Shown: positions 10,098-19,580 of the stretch, one piece after another
How positions within the stretch are numbered: the first letter of the stretch is position 1
Layout: each line of letters starts with the position of its first letter
From: Acidimicrobiales bacterium
GTDB lineage: Bacteria > Actinomycetota > Acidimicrobiia > Acidimicrobiales > CATQHL01
Direction of reading: 5' to 3'
Length of the DNA stretch: 64,000 bases
Assembly: GCA_965209115.1 (NCBI GenBank)
Contig: CBDBQD010000002.1
Coordinates: 327,890-391,889 of the forward strand
The notes under the pieces: generated by a model
Seen by the model: the letters and a program-made list of their open reading frames with translations, nothing else
Told to the model about the DNA's origin: nothing
Database searches by the model: none
Position numbers and translations under genes: made by a program

Positions 10098-11585
10098 GTG
10101 AGTGTTTCCGTGACCCTTACTTCGACTGTTCCCGCCGGTGCCGATGTGACCGCTCTTGGCGTTTGTTCCGATCAGGTTGACTCGGAACCGCACGACTTGG
10201 ACTGGGGCCTGCTGCGCGGGCTCGGCTTCGAGGGAAAGGCGGGCCAGGTTCAGTTGGTGGCGGGACCCGACGGTCGTCCCGTGGCCGCTGTCGGGATGGG
10301 GCCGGCCGCAGACGTCACGCCGGCAGTCATCCGCCGCTCATCGGCGGCGCTGGCACGGGGGGTTCGCCGGCATCGCTGGCTCGGCTCGTCGTTACTCGAC
10401 ACCGTTGCCGACGGCGATGACCTCGCCGCCGCGGCCCAGGCACACGCCGAGGGGATCCTTCTGGGCGCCTACGGCTACGACGCCTACAAGAGTGACCCCG
10501 AGCCCAACTCCCTGCGGAAGCTGTCGGTCGTCGGCGCCGGGCGGGAGGTGCGTGATGCGCTGAGGCTCGGCACGGCCGTGGCGGGGGCCGTTTGCTTCGC
10601 GCGGGATCTCGTCAACGAGCCGGGCGGGTCGTTGACCCCGGAGAAGCTCGCCGCAGCGGCCCAGGCCATGGCCTCGGGCGAGGACGGGACCGACGGCGCC
10701 GCCTTGGAGATACAGGTCTCGGAGCGGGATGAGATAGTCGAGGCCGGGCTGGGCGGGCTCCTGGGGGTCAACCGGGGCTCGACGCAGCCTCCCCGGTTCG
10801 TCGAGATCACCTGGCGGCCGCCCGCGGACCCCGAAGGGTTCCTGGCCCTGGTGGGCAAGGGAATCACATTCGACTCCGGGGGGCTCTCCATCAAGCCCGC
10901 AACGGGCATGGAGACGATGAAGATCGACATGAGCGGCGCCGCCGCGGTGCTCGGGGCGATGCGGGTCGTCAAGGTGCTGGCGCCGCCGATCCGGGTGACC
11001 GGCTACATCCCCATCACCGACAACATGCTGGGCGGCGACGCCTCGCGGCCCGGCGACATCCTCACCATCCGCAACGGCAAGACCGTGGAGGTGCTGAACA
11101 CCGACGCCGAGGGGCGGCTGATCCTCGCCGACGCGCTCTCGCTCGCCAGCGAGGCCCGCCCGGACGCCATCGTGGACCTCGCCACCCTGACCGGCGCGTG
11201 CGTGGTGGCGCTCGGCACCAAGGTGGCGGGCCTCATGGGCAACCACGACGGTTGGATCGACGCCGTGGAGGCGGCGGCGGACCGGGCGGGAGAGCGGGTC
11301 TGGCACCTGCCGCTCCCGGCCGACTACCGCAAGCAGCTGGACTCCCCGGTCGCCGACCTCAAGAACATCGGCAACCGCTGGGGCGGCACCCTCACCGCGG
11401 CCCTGTTCCTGCAGGAGTTCGTGGCCGAGGGCATTCCCTGGGCGCATCTGGACATCGCCGGCCCCGCCTGGACCGACAGCGTCGACGGCGAGGCCGCCAA
11501 GGGCGGCACCGGCTTCGGCGTGCGCCTGCTCGTCGACCTGATCAGGAACTTCTCGCCGCCGGATGGCGGCTCGCCCGGAGTCTGA
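10098..11585 (+). CDS. pepA: leucyl aminopeptidase (M17)
   Basis: NTDAEGRLILADAL signature; GTG start preceded by GAGGAGGA. Confidence 0.93.
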   Translation: MSVSVTLTSTVPAGADVTALGVCSDQVDSEPHDLDWGLLRGLGFEGKAGQVQLVAGPDGRPVAAVGMGPAADVTPAVIRRSSAALARGVRRHRWLGSSLLDTVADGDDLAAAAQAHAEGILLGAYGYDAYKSDPEPNSLRKLSVVGAGREVRDALRLGTAVAGAVCFARDLVNEPGGSLTPEKLAAAAQAMASGEDGTDGAALEIQVSERDEIVEAGLGGLLGVNRGSTQPPRFVEITWRPPADPEGFLALVGKGITFDSGGLSIKPATGMETMKIDMSGAAAVLGAMRVVKVLAPPIRVTGYIPITDNMLGGDASRPGDILTIRNGKTVEVLNTDAEGRLILADALSLASEARPDAIVDLATLTGACVVALGTKVAGLMGNHDGWIDAVEAAADRAGERVWHLPLPADYRKQLDSPVADLKNIGNRWGGTLTAALFLQEFVAEGIPWAHLDIAGPAWTDSVDGEAAKGGTGFGVRLLVDLIRNFSPPDGGSPGV

Positions 11586-11604
11586 ACGAACCCGACAACC
11601 GGGC

Positions 11605-11838
11605 TCAGCCGCCTGTCACGGCCTCCTCGCGACCTTCGACGCGGGCAATCCGCTCTCCCTGCGATCGCATCAGGTTGCTGACGTCGTCGAAGCGCTCGTC
11701 CATGCGCTCGTTCATGCGGTCGAGTCGCCCCTCGATCCGGTCGAGGCGGGGGACGATCTCGGATCGGAGCCAGACGAAGCCGCCGGCGATGAGCATCCCG
11801 ACGAGACCGATGAGAGCGGCGACGATGGCGTCCATCAC
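11605..11838 (-). CDS. small membrane-anchored coiled-coil protein
   Basis: N-terminal TM segment (AIVAALIGLVGMLIAGGFVWL) then a heptad-like RLDRIEGRLDRMNERMDERF. GAGGAG RBS sits inside the 3-nt gap to the upstream gene. Confidence 0.6.
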   Translation of the reverse strand: MMDAIVAALIGLVGMLIAGGFVWLRSEIVPRLDRIEGRLDRMNERMDERFDDVSNLMRSQGERIARVEGREEAVTGG

Positions 11839-11841
11839 TCC

Positions 11842-12597
11842 TCAGTCTGCCACGCGGGCAGCGGGCTCAGCGGTGTCGGCATCGACCGCGCTCACCGCTG
11901 CCTTGGCCCGGGTGTGCTTCTCGGTCGCCCAGCGGGCGGCCTCGAAGGCCACGGCGGGATGGAACTGCCAGGTGTGCAGTTGCCGTTCCACCGAGTCGGG
12001 CTCGTCGCCGCACGCCAGCAGCGCCATCGCCAGGTGCCGGGCGCGCCCCAGCGTCTCGATCTCGGTCGGATCGGAAGCCTGTTGACGTCGCCAGGCATCG
12101 TGCGCCACACGCAGTTGCGGCGGCAGCCGCTCGGCCATGCGGCCGGTGAGGTCGGGGAGGCGGACACGGACGAACAGCGTGTTGTGGCGCCCGCGCTGCA
12201 TCAGACCGAAGCGGCAGCAGCGCTCGAAGGCTCTCTCGAAGGCGGTCTGGAGCGCTTGACGGCCACCCAGTCCGATCTCGCCGGCGATCTCCGCGGTATT
12301 CACCAGCACACCGCTCGGAGCCTCCTCCAGCCGTAGCGCCAGGCGCCGGATGAGCCAGGTGGACGACGGACCGAGCACGCCCAGCCAGAAGAGCTCCACG
12401 TAGGGCGACCGAGGGTGGTGACCCCGGTCGGCGTCGGGGCACAGGTCGTTCCAGGGTTCCACCCAGAGTTCGACGCCACCGGTCCGGCCGTTGGGTGCGG
12501 AACGCCGGGCCTGGGGCCGACCGGTCGCATCCGACGGCGCTGGTGCGTCGGTCGCCGGTGCCGGGGCGGGAGGGACGGTGACGAGTGGGATCTGCAT
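11842..12597 (-). CDS. hypothetical protein (possible winged-helix DNA-binding)
   Basis: Good codon bias. It sits directly upstream of the small membrane gene (3-nt gap, RBS in the gap). An AT-rich dyad lies about 75-95 nt upstream. Confidence 0.6.
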   Translation of the reverse strand: MQIPLVTVPPAPAPATDAPAPSDATGRPQARRSAPNGRTGGVELWVEPWNDLCPDADRGHHPRSPYVELFWLGVLGPSSTWLIRRLALRLEEAPSGVLVNTAEIAGEIGLGGRQALQTAFERAFERCCRFGLMQRGRHNTLFVRVRLPDLTGRMAERLPPQLRVAHDAWRRQQASDPTEIETLGRARHLAMALLACGDEPDSVERQLHTWQFHPAVAFEAARWATEKHTRAKAAVSAVDADTAEPAARVAD

Positions 12598-12663
12598 TGC
12601 GTTGCTCCTGCTGCAAGATGTGAACGTGGGGTGCCCATAGCGCCAAAATGCCCTACAGTGAGC

Positions 12664-12690
12664 GAATAGTTATCTATAGGGGAATAGATA
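12664..12690. promoter_or_regulatory. AT-rich dyad/direct-repeat element upstream of 11842..12597
   Basis: GAATAGttatctataggGGAATAGata; tatctat (12671-12677) is complementary to atagata (12684-12690). An isolated low-GC patch. Confidence 0.3.
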
Positions 12691-12766
12691 CGAGAAATGA
12701 ACGGGCTTGTCAAGGGGGGCAATCAGACGCGCAGGCGTGCGATGCGACGTGCTGTGAACCCGCGCC

Positions 12767-13951
12767 TTACCGCATCTGACCGAGGGCCGCGTAGCAGGCC
12801 CGCTCGATGCCGTCGAAGAGAGTGAACGAGCGTGGGTCGCCGAAGGGGAACTGCTGGCTGATGTAGGTGCCCGCCACGCCGTTCTGCACGTCGATCCAGT
12901 AGAAGGAGTTGGCCAGTCCGGCCCACATGAGACCGCCCGCCGGCCGCCCGGTGGCGAGGGGCTCCTCGTTGATCTGGAAGGTCAGGCCCCAGGACTTCTC
13001 GACCCCCGGATAGAACTCGACGTCGCCGGCCACGGCGCGTAGCGCCGCGGGCAGCGGCACCACCCGCAGGGATCCCATGTTGTTCACCGACATCTGATCC
13101 ACGGTCTCCGGGCGCAACACCTGCACCCCCTCGCGGCTGCCGCGCCCCAGGATCATCTGCAGGAAGCGGCTGTAGTCCTCCGCGGTGCTGTAGAGACCGG
13201 CGCCGCCGAGTTGCACCTCGGGCTCCTGGTCGATCTCGAACCGCATGGCGCCGAGCTCACCGTCGCCACCGCGGATGTGGACCGTGGCCAGCCTGGTCCG
13301 CATGTCGTCGCTGATACCGAAACCGGTGGATTCCATGCCCAGGGGGCCCAGGAGGTGTCGCTGCAGGTACTCGCCGAGTCGCATCCCCGACGCCGCCTCG
13401 ACCATCAGCCCGACGTGGTCGATGCTCGTGCCGTACAGCCAGCGCTCGCCGGGATCATGGAGCGCCGGGGCGTCCAGCGCGGCCCGCCGGCAGGTTCTGA
13501 TCGTGGGGGTGCCGGTCACCTCGTGGTAGCGGAGAAGGTCCTCGCTCCAGATCTCATAGGCGAATCCGGCCGTGTGGGTCAGCAGTTGGCGGAGTGTGAT
13601 CGGGCTCCGCGCCGGGCGAAGTTGCGGGTTGCCCTCCTCGTCGAAGCCTTCGAGCACGCCGACGGTGCCCAGATGCTCGAGCACCTCGGCGGCGGGCCTG
13701 TCGAGGTGGAGCCGCCCAGTCTCGGCGAGCTGCATCGCGGCGGCGCCGGTGACCGCCTTGGTCATGGAGGCGATCCAGCACACCGTGTCGGTGCTCATCG
13801 GCGCGGCGGTCTCGTCGTCGACGGCACGAACCCCGGCGGCGGCCGAGCACAGAACCTCGCCGGGGGAGACGATCTCGGCTACTGCGCCGGCGACGTCGCC
13901 ACGCGCCACACCGCCGTCGAGGATCGCCTGAACGTCGTCCTGCAGGGCCAT
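12767..13951 (-). CDS. serine hydrolase, beta-lactamase/esterase (class C-like) family
   Basis: SxxK motif in IASMTKAVTGAAAMQL; length and layout fit the family. Confidence 0.85.
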   Translation of the reverse strand: MALQDDVQAILDGGVARGDVAGAVAEIVSPGEVLCSAAAGVRAVDDETAAPMSTDTVCWIASMTKAVTGAAAMQLAETGRLHLDRPAAEVLEHLGTVGVLEGFDEEGNPQLRPARSPITLRQLLTHTAGFAYEIWSEDLLRYHEVTGTPTIRTCRRAALDAPALHDPGERWLYGTSIDHVGLMVEAASGMRLGEYLQRHLLGPLGMESTGFGISDDMRTRLATVHIRGGDGELGAMRFEIDQEPEVQLGGAGLYSTAEDYSRFLQMILGRGSREGVQVLRPETVDQMSVNNMGSLRVVPLPAALRAVAGDVEFYPGVEKSWGLTFQINEEPLATGRPAGGLMWAGLANSFYWIDVQNGVAGTYISQQFPFGDPRSFTLFDGIERACYAALGQMR

Positions 13952-13989
13952 GGGTGCCTCCCGCCGGGGCAGGATAGGGTCCGCGCCGG

Positions 13990-14787
13990 ATGACCACCGC
14001 TCACCTCGCCGAGCCCATCCGGCTGGCCCGCCAACTCGTGGACCGGGCCGAACGCATCGTGGTGCTCACCGGCGCGGGCATCTCCACCGACTCCGGGATT
14101 CCCGATTTCCGGGGCCCGCAGGGTGTCTGGACCCGCAATCCGGCGGCGGAGGCGAAGGCGCACATCGCCAACTACGTGAGCGACCCGGAGGTACGCAGGG
14201 AGGTGTGGCGGCAGCGCCTGGCCGAGCACAGCGTCGAGCGGCCGCGCCCCAACGCCGGTCACCGGGCGATCGTCACCCTGGAGCGGCGCGAGAAGCTGCA
14301 CACGCTCATCACCCAGAACGTGGACGGGCTGCACGCGGACGCCGGCACCTCACCGGGGAGGCTGGTGGAGATCCACGGCACCCGGCGCAGGGTCCGGTGC
14401 CTGAGCTGCGGGGAGGAGTGGCCCATGGAGCACGCCGTCGAGCGGCTGAGGGCCGGCGAGGAGGATCCCTCCTGCCACTCGTGCGGCGGTCTGCTGAAGT
14501 CGGCGACGGTGTCCTTCGGGCAGAATCTTGTGGTCGCCGACCTCGAGCGGGCCTCGGCGGCGGCGACGGGCTGCGATCTGATGCTGGCGGTGGGCAGCAC
14601 CCTGCAGGTTTACCCGATCGCCCAGGTGGTGCCCGTGGCCCGTGCCAACGGCGCCTCGCTCGTCATCCTGAACCGCGACCCGACGCCCTTCGACGACATT
14701 GCCGATGTCGTGCTGCACGAGTCCATCAGCGAGGTGTTGCCACCGGTGGTGGAGGCCACGGCGACGGGATCCGGCGACGATTCCTGA
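13990..14787 (+). CDS. cobB: NAD-dependent protein deacylase (Sir2 family)
   Basis: GAGISTDSGIPDFRG, QNVDGLH, zinc Cys pairs CLSCG and CHSCGG. Confidence 0.92.
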   Translation: MTTAHLAEPIRLARQLVDRAERIVVLTGAGISTDSGIPDFRGPQGVWTRNPAAEAKAHIANYVSDPEVRREVWRQRLAEHSVERPRPNAGHRAIVTLERREKLHTLITQNVDGLHADAGTSPGRLVEIHGTRRRVRCLSCGEEWPMEHAVERLRAGEEDPSCHSCGGLLKSATVSFGQNLVVADLERASAAATGCDLMLAVGSTLQVYPIAQVVPVARANGASLVILNRDPTPFDDIADVVLHESISEVLPPVVEATATGSGDDS

Positions 14788-14852
14788 CTAACTTGGTAGA
14801 CTTTTGAGCGGTGGGGGACCAGCCCCACCGAACCGCTCAAGGAGCCGAAGCG

Positions 14853-16031
14853 ATGGCCACGTTCCGCGACCTCCTCGTCGCCGCCAAGTCCAGGATCACC
14901 GAGATCGACACGGCCACCGGTGAACGGCTGCGCGATGCCGGCGCCGCCTTCTTGGACGTGCGCGAACCTGACGAGGTCACCCAAGGCGCCATCCCCGGCG
15001 CCATCCACATCCCGCGCGGCCACTTGGAGGCCAACATCGAGAACCGCATGCCGGGCCGCGAGACCCCGATCGTGGTCTTCTGCGCCGGCGGCGTGCGCTC
15101 GGCCTTCGCCGCCGAGACGCTGCAGGCGCTGGGGTACACGCAGGTGGCGTCCATGGACGGCGGCTTCAACAAGTGGAAGGACGAGGGCCGCTCCTGGGCC
15201 GTTCCGCGGGTGCTCAACGCCGAGCAGCGCAACCGCTACCACCGGCACCTGCTGCTCCCCGAGGTCGGCGAGGAGGGGCAGATCCGCCTGCTGGACTCCC
15301 GCGTCCTGTGCCTCGGCGCCGGGGGCTTGGGCTCGCCCGCGGCCCTGTACCTGGCCGCCGCCGGCGTGGGCACGCTGGGCATCGTGGACATGGACGTGGT
15401 CGACGCCTCCAACCTGCAGCGCCAGATCCTGCACAACGTGGACCGGGTGGGGGAGCGGAAGGTCGACTCGGCCAAGAAGACGCTCACCGCCCTCAATCCC
15501 GACGTGAACGTGGTCACCCACGACGTCCGCCTCGGGGCCGACAACATCCTCCAGGTCATCGACGGCTACGACGTGATCGTGGACGGCGCCGACAACTTCC
15601 CGGTGCGCTACATGCTGAACGACGCCTCGGTGAAGCTGGGAATCCCCGTCGTGCACGGGTCGATCTTCCGATTCGAGGGGATGGTCACCGTCTTCGATCC
15701 CCAGCAGGGACCCACCTACCGGGACATGGTGCCCGAACCTCCGCCCGCCGAGATGGCGCCCAGTTGCGCCGAGGCAGGGGTGCTGGGCGTGCTGCCGGGC
15801 ATCGTGGGCTCGATCCAGGCCCTCGAGGCGATCAAGATCGTCCTGGACTACGGCGACATGCTGCGGGGCCGGCTGCTGACCTTCGACGCCGCCGAGATGA
15901 GCTTCCGCGAGTACCGGGTGCGCACCGATCCGGCGAACGAGATCACGTGGGAGAACCGGGACCGCATCCAGGTCGTCGAACTCGACGGGCTCTGCGGTCC
16001 GGCGCCGCTGGAGGCTCCGCCGGCGGGCTGA
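14853..16031 (+). CDS. rhodanese-ThiF/MoeB adenylyltransferase (rhodanese N-terminal)
   Basis: Rhodanese active-site loop VFCAGGVRS at the N-terminus, then ThiF/MoeB LGAGGLGSPAALYLAAAGVG and the NLQRQ motif. ATG 14853 has AAGGAG upstream; the track start GTG 14811 is possible. Confidence 0.88.
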   Translation: MATFRDLLVAAKSRITEIDTATGERLRDAGAAFLDVREPDEVTQGAIPGAIHIPRGHLEANIENRMPGRETPIVVFCAGGVRSAFAAETLQALGYTQVASMDGGFNKWKDEGRSWAVPRVLNAEQRNRYHRHLLLPEVGEEGQIRLLDSRVLCLGAGGLGSPAALYLAAAGVGTLGIVDMDVVDASNLQRQILHNVDRVGERKVDSAKKTLTALNPDVNVVTHDVRLGADNILQVIDGYDVIVDGADNFPVRYMLNDASVKLGIPVVHGSIFRFEGMVTVFDPQQGPTYRDMVPEPPPAEMAPSCAEAGVLGVLPGIVGSIQALEAIKIVLDYGDMLRGRLLTFDAAEMSFREYRVRTDPANEITWENRDRIQVVELDGLCGPAPLEAPPAG

Positions 16032-16082
16032 CATCGCTGCCGGCACCCGGCAACGTCCGGGTACGGCGACCGCCGGACGGCG

Positions 16083-19000
16083 CTACCAGATGTCGAGGAG
16101 ATCGACGCCGGCCTCGTCGACGCGGTAGCGGCGCCGCCGCGTCGCCACGAGCAGCGCGGCGATCAGCACCAGCCCCACGGCGGCCAGCACGACCACCGCG
16201 GTGTCGGTGGTCACCGAGTCGTACCAGGTGCGCGTGCGGGTCGGGGCCTGCTGGGGAGCCGGGGCCGGAGCGGAGGCCGCTGCCGGCGCTCCCTGGTCGG
16301 TGACGGCCTCGCCGGGTGCTGCCCCGCTCGGCGGCGCGATCGTGGTGGCCGCCGTGGTGCCGGTGTCGCCGGCGGCGGCGTGCAGCGGGGTCGCCTGCGC
16401 GGACATCGGTGCCGGGGAGGCTCCCATCTCGTTGTTGGCCAGGATCGTGACCGTGTAGGCGGCGCCGCCGATGAGGCCGTCGATGGTATGGCTGGTGTGG
16501 GTCGTCTCGATGGAGGTGACCGCCCCGTCCGGCGCCACCCAGGTGAGGGTGTAGGACCGCACCGGCAGGCCTCCGTCGTCGGCCGGCGGTTCCCAGGACA
16601 CCAGCAGACTCTCGTGGCCGATGCCGATCTCGGCGTGAGCCAGGGGCCCGGGTGGCCGTGCCGGCGTGGCGCGGACCGGGTCGGCGGTGATCGAGGTGCC
16701 GATCTCGTTGGTGGCCGAGACGGTGATGCCGTAGGTGGTGCCGTTGCTGAGGCCGTCGATGGTGTGGCTGGTGGCGGTCGTCTCGGCGGAGCCGGTGGTC
16801 CCGTCGGGGGCCACCCAGAGCAGGGTGTAGCCGGTGACGCGCAGCCCGCCGTCGCTGGCGGGGGGATCCCAGCTCACGACGATCCGGGAGTCCTCGCGGA
16901 CGGTCCTGACCGCCACCGGGGCACCGGGGATGTGTGCCGGCGTCCCGCTGGCGGGCTGGCTGCCGGCCGAGGTGCCGATCTCGTTGGTGGCCACCACGGT
17001 GACGGTGTAGGTGGTGCCGTTGGCGAGCCCGTCGAAGGTGTGGGTCGTGGCGGTGGTGTCGGCCGATCCGGTGCTGCCGTCGGGCGCCGACCAGTTCACC
17101 GTGTAGCTCAGCACCGGTTTGCCGCCGTCGGCGGCGGGGGGCTGCCAGGTCACGTGGAGCCGCCCGTCGCCGCGGTCCACGGTCACCGCGCCCGGGGCGC
17201 CGGGCGCCGCGGCGGGAGTGGCGCTCGCCGAACCGCCCGCCGGCGACGTGCCGGCCTCGTTGACGGCGCTGACGGTGACGGTGTAGGTGGCGCCGTTGAG
17301 GAGGTTCTGCATGGTGTAGCCGGTGTCGCTGGTCTCGATGGTGCCGGTGGCGCCGGTGGAGGAGAGCCAGTCGATGACGTATGCGGAGATCGGGAGGCCG
17401 CCGTCGTTGAGCGGTGGCGACCAGGAGACCTCGACGATGCCGTTGCCGCGGGCGGCGCTGATGGCCACCGGGGCGGTCGGGATCGTGCCGGGTCTGAGAC
17501 TGGCGGGCGAGCTGTGCGACGAGGACCCGACCCTGTTGGTGGCGGTCACCGTGACCGAGTGCGTGGCGCCGTTGGTCAGCCCGCCGATGGTGTGTTGGGT
17601 TCCCTGTACCGACGCGGAGTCGGTGACGCCGTCCGGTCCGGTCCAGTGCACGGTGTAGGACTCCACGGGGATCCCGCCGTCGGCGGGGGGAGGCGACCAC
17701 GAGACACGCAGGACCCCGTCACCCCGTTGCAGCGACACGTTGGAGGGCGGGCCCGGGGTCCCCAGGGGCGTGGCGGTCACCGTGACAGCGCGCGAGGAGC
17801 CCCCCGCGTTGGCGGCCGCGACGCTGATGGTGTAGGTGGCGCCGTTGGCCAGGTTGCGCAGCGTGCGACTGGTCTCGGTGGTGGGGATCGTGCCGGAGGC
17901 GCCGGTGGAGGACAACCAGGTGATCAGGTAGCCCGTGATCGGGCCGCCGCCGCTGTTGGCGGGCGGCTGCCACGTCACGAGGATCTCGCGCGGGCCCGGC
18001 GTCAGCATCACCGCCTGAGGCTGGCCGGGCGGGGAGATCGACGGATTCGTGACGGGGGTGGTGGGCGCGATCGCCGGTGGCAGCGCCGTGCTCTCGCCGA
18101 GGACGAACTTGGTCGACAGCAGGTGACCCCCGCGGCCGTCGGCGTTCGGCATCGGGCCCCATCCCTCGGCCTCGAGACCCTTGTTCACCACGAATACGAA
18201 GCGCGAGCCCGACACGGACCTGGTTGCGGCGGTGCCGACGAGGCGAACCGTGGCACGGTCGATGCGTCCCGAGGCGCTGATGTTCCCCGACACCTCGATG
18301 CGCTGCAGGGTGCCGACGTTGGTGTCGGCCACTCTGGCGAGCCAGCGGCTGAGCCCGGCCACGCTGTAGGTGCGGGTCCACGGCGTGTAGGGATCGCCGG
18401 CGGTGAAGGGATCCGGGGCGGCCGCCAGGTAGGGGTGCTGCTCGTTGAAGACGTAGCCGCTGTTCTCGGTGTAGCCGCCGCCGGAGGTGGTGAACAGCGT
18501 CAGCGCCGGTTCCCCGCCGTAGGTCAGGACCTGCCCGGCAGTGTCGGCGATGGCCTGCAGCCACGGGCCGTTGTTCGCCGAGATCTCCCGCGTGTTGCCG
18601 CTGTAGACCTGGCTCATGGTGGTGGAGTAGAGGTCGAACGGCACGAGCCACGTGTCGCTGCTGCGGTTCTCGCGGGCGATGTGCACGGCGTAGGTCCGCG
18701 AGGCGATGGCCTGGGCGCGCAGCGCCTCCGCCGGCCAGGTGGGCGGGACCTCGGCAATGCCGCGGAGGTAGTGTTCGATGTCCAGATTCGTCAGCACGAT
18801 GCGGTACCAGGTGTTTCCGGGCATCTTGCTGAGGGTGATCTGCCCGTGCGAGTAGGAGTGACGGGTGGCGGAGGACTCCACCGCGACGCCGTCGGCGGTC
18901 CTGATCTGCAGGACGTTGCCGCTGCAGATCCCCCCGGGACAGAGCGAGCCTCCGTTGCTGGTCGTCGCGTTCCAGCCGTTGGCGGCGCGGCTGACGGTGA

Positions 19001-19580
19001 AGAGCTCGGTGGTCGAGGAGCTGTACACGGCCGTGCCGTCGAGCACCAACTCGAACGGGCCGCGGGGCCGGAAGCGGCTGCGGCTGGACGATGCCAGATG
19101 GACCCGGAGGTCGTTCATCGCCCACCCGCCGGTGAGCACCGTGCCGGGATAGTAGAAGCCCAGGATGGTCCCGGAGGTCTGACCCGCGGCGACCCGCGAC
19201 GGGAGGGACTGGTGGCTGATGCCCACGCCGTGACCCCAGCCGGCGCCGTTGAACGTGACGTAGTCGTCAGCGCCGAGGGCGGATGTGCTGTACCCGGTGC
19301 TCTGGGCGGCCGCCGGCCGGCTCGGTGGAACCCCCCAGACCGCCGCAACCAGCAGGACGAGCGCGAGGCCGGTCAGCGCGAGGCGGTAGACGGCCGGTCT
19401 GAGAGGAGCGGGCCACCGGCGCCGGTCGCTCGCCCGGGGACCCTCGGGTGCGAGGAAACGGACAGCCGGCGCGCCAAGTCGCCGGCCCATCCGGGATCCG
19501 GCGCGGCGCGCTCGCATGAAACGACGAACGACAAGAGGGCGACCGGCACGCAGCGCGCGCCGGAGACGATGTCTCATCAA
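16083..19580 (-). CDS. SpoIID/LytB-domain envelope protein with six Fn3 domains and a C-terminal TM anchor
   Basis: Signal/TM segment (YRLALTGLALVLLVAAVWG). SpoIID motifs AEALRAQAIASRTYAV and SQVYSG. Six repeats with W.PP..DGG...Y. C-terminal TM VVVLAAVGLVLIAALLVA followed by RRRR. Internal ATGs at 19517 and 19490 are alternative starts. Confidence 0.85.
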   Translation of the reverse strand: MMRHRLRRALRAGRPLVVRRFMRARRAGSRMGRRLGAPAVRFLAPEGPRASDRRRWPAPLRPAVYRLALTGLALVLLVAAVWGVPPSRPAAAQSTGYSTSALGADDYVTFNGAGWGHGVGISHQSLPSRVAAGQTSGTILGFYYPGTVLTGGWAMNDLRVHLASSSRSRFRPRGPFELVLDGTAVYSSSTTELFTVSRAANGWNATTSNGGSLCPGGICSGNVLQIRTADGVAVESSATRHSYSHGQITLSKMPGNTWYRIVLTNLDIEHYLRGIAEVPPTWPAEALRAQAIASRTYAVHIARENRSSDTWLVPFDLYSTTMSQVYSGNTREISANNGPWLQAIADTAGQVLTYGGEPALTLFTTSGGGYTENSGYVFNEQHPYLAAAPDPFTAGDPYTPWTRTYSVAGLSRWLARVADTNVGTLQRIEVSGNISASGRIDRATVRLVGTAATRSVSGSRFVFVVNKGLEAEGWGPMPNADGRGGHLLSTKFVLGESTALPPAIAPTTPVTNPSISPPGQPQAVMLTPGPREILVTWQPPANSGGGPITGYLITWLSSTGASGTIPTTETSRTLRNLANGATYTISVAAANAGGSSRAVTVTATPLGTPGPPSNVSLQRGDGVLRVSWSPPPADGGIPVESYTVHWTGPDGVTDSASVQGTQHTIGGLTNGATHSVTVTATNRVGSSSHSSPASLRPGTIPTAPVAISAARGNGIVEVSWSPPLNDGGLPISAYVIDWLSSTGATGTIETSDTGYTMQNLLNGATYTVTVSAVNEAGTSPAGGSASATPAAAPGAPGAVTVDRGDGRLHVTWQPPAADGGKPVLSYTVNWSAPDGSTGSADTTATTHTFDGLANGTTYTVTVVATNEIGTSAGSQPASGTPAHIPGAPVAVRTVREDSRIVVSWDPPASDGGLRVTGYTLLWVAPDGTTGSAETTATSHTIDGLSNGTTYGITVSATNEIGTSITADPVRATPARPPGPLAHAEIGIGHESLLVSWEPPADDGGLPVRSYTLTWVAPDGAVTSIETTHTSHTIDGLIGGAAYTVTILANNEMGASPAPMSAQATPLHAAAGDTGTTAATTIAPPSGAAPGEAVTDQGAPAAASAPAPAPQQAPTRTRTWYDSVTTDTAVVVLAAVGLVLIAALLVATRRRRYRVDEAGVDLLDIW
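16390..18040 (-). repeat. six tandem Fn3-coding repeats (about 276 bp each, diverged)
   Basis: Periodic recurrence of the ...SW.PP..DGG.P...Y...W coding blocks within the ORF. Confidence 0.7.

Noticed and set aside
16390-18040. Periodic repeats that might be taken for a CRISPR-like or satellite array. The same applies to the 18-bp hexad repeats at 59379-59880.
   Set aside because: The periods (about 276 bp and 18 bp) are in-frame coding repeats (Fn3 domains, hexapeptide beta-helix). There is no repeat/spacer structure and there are no cas genes.
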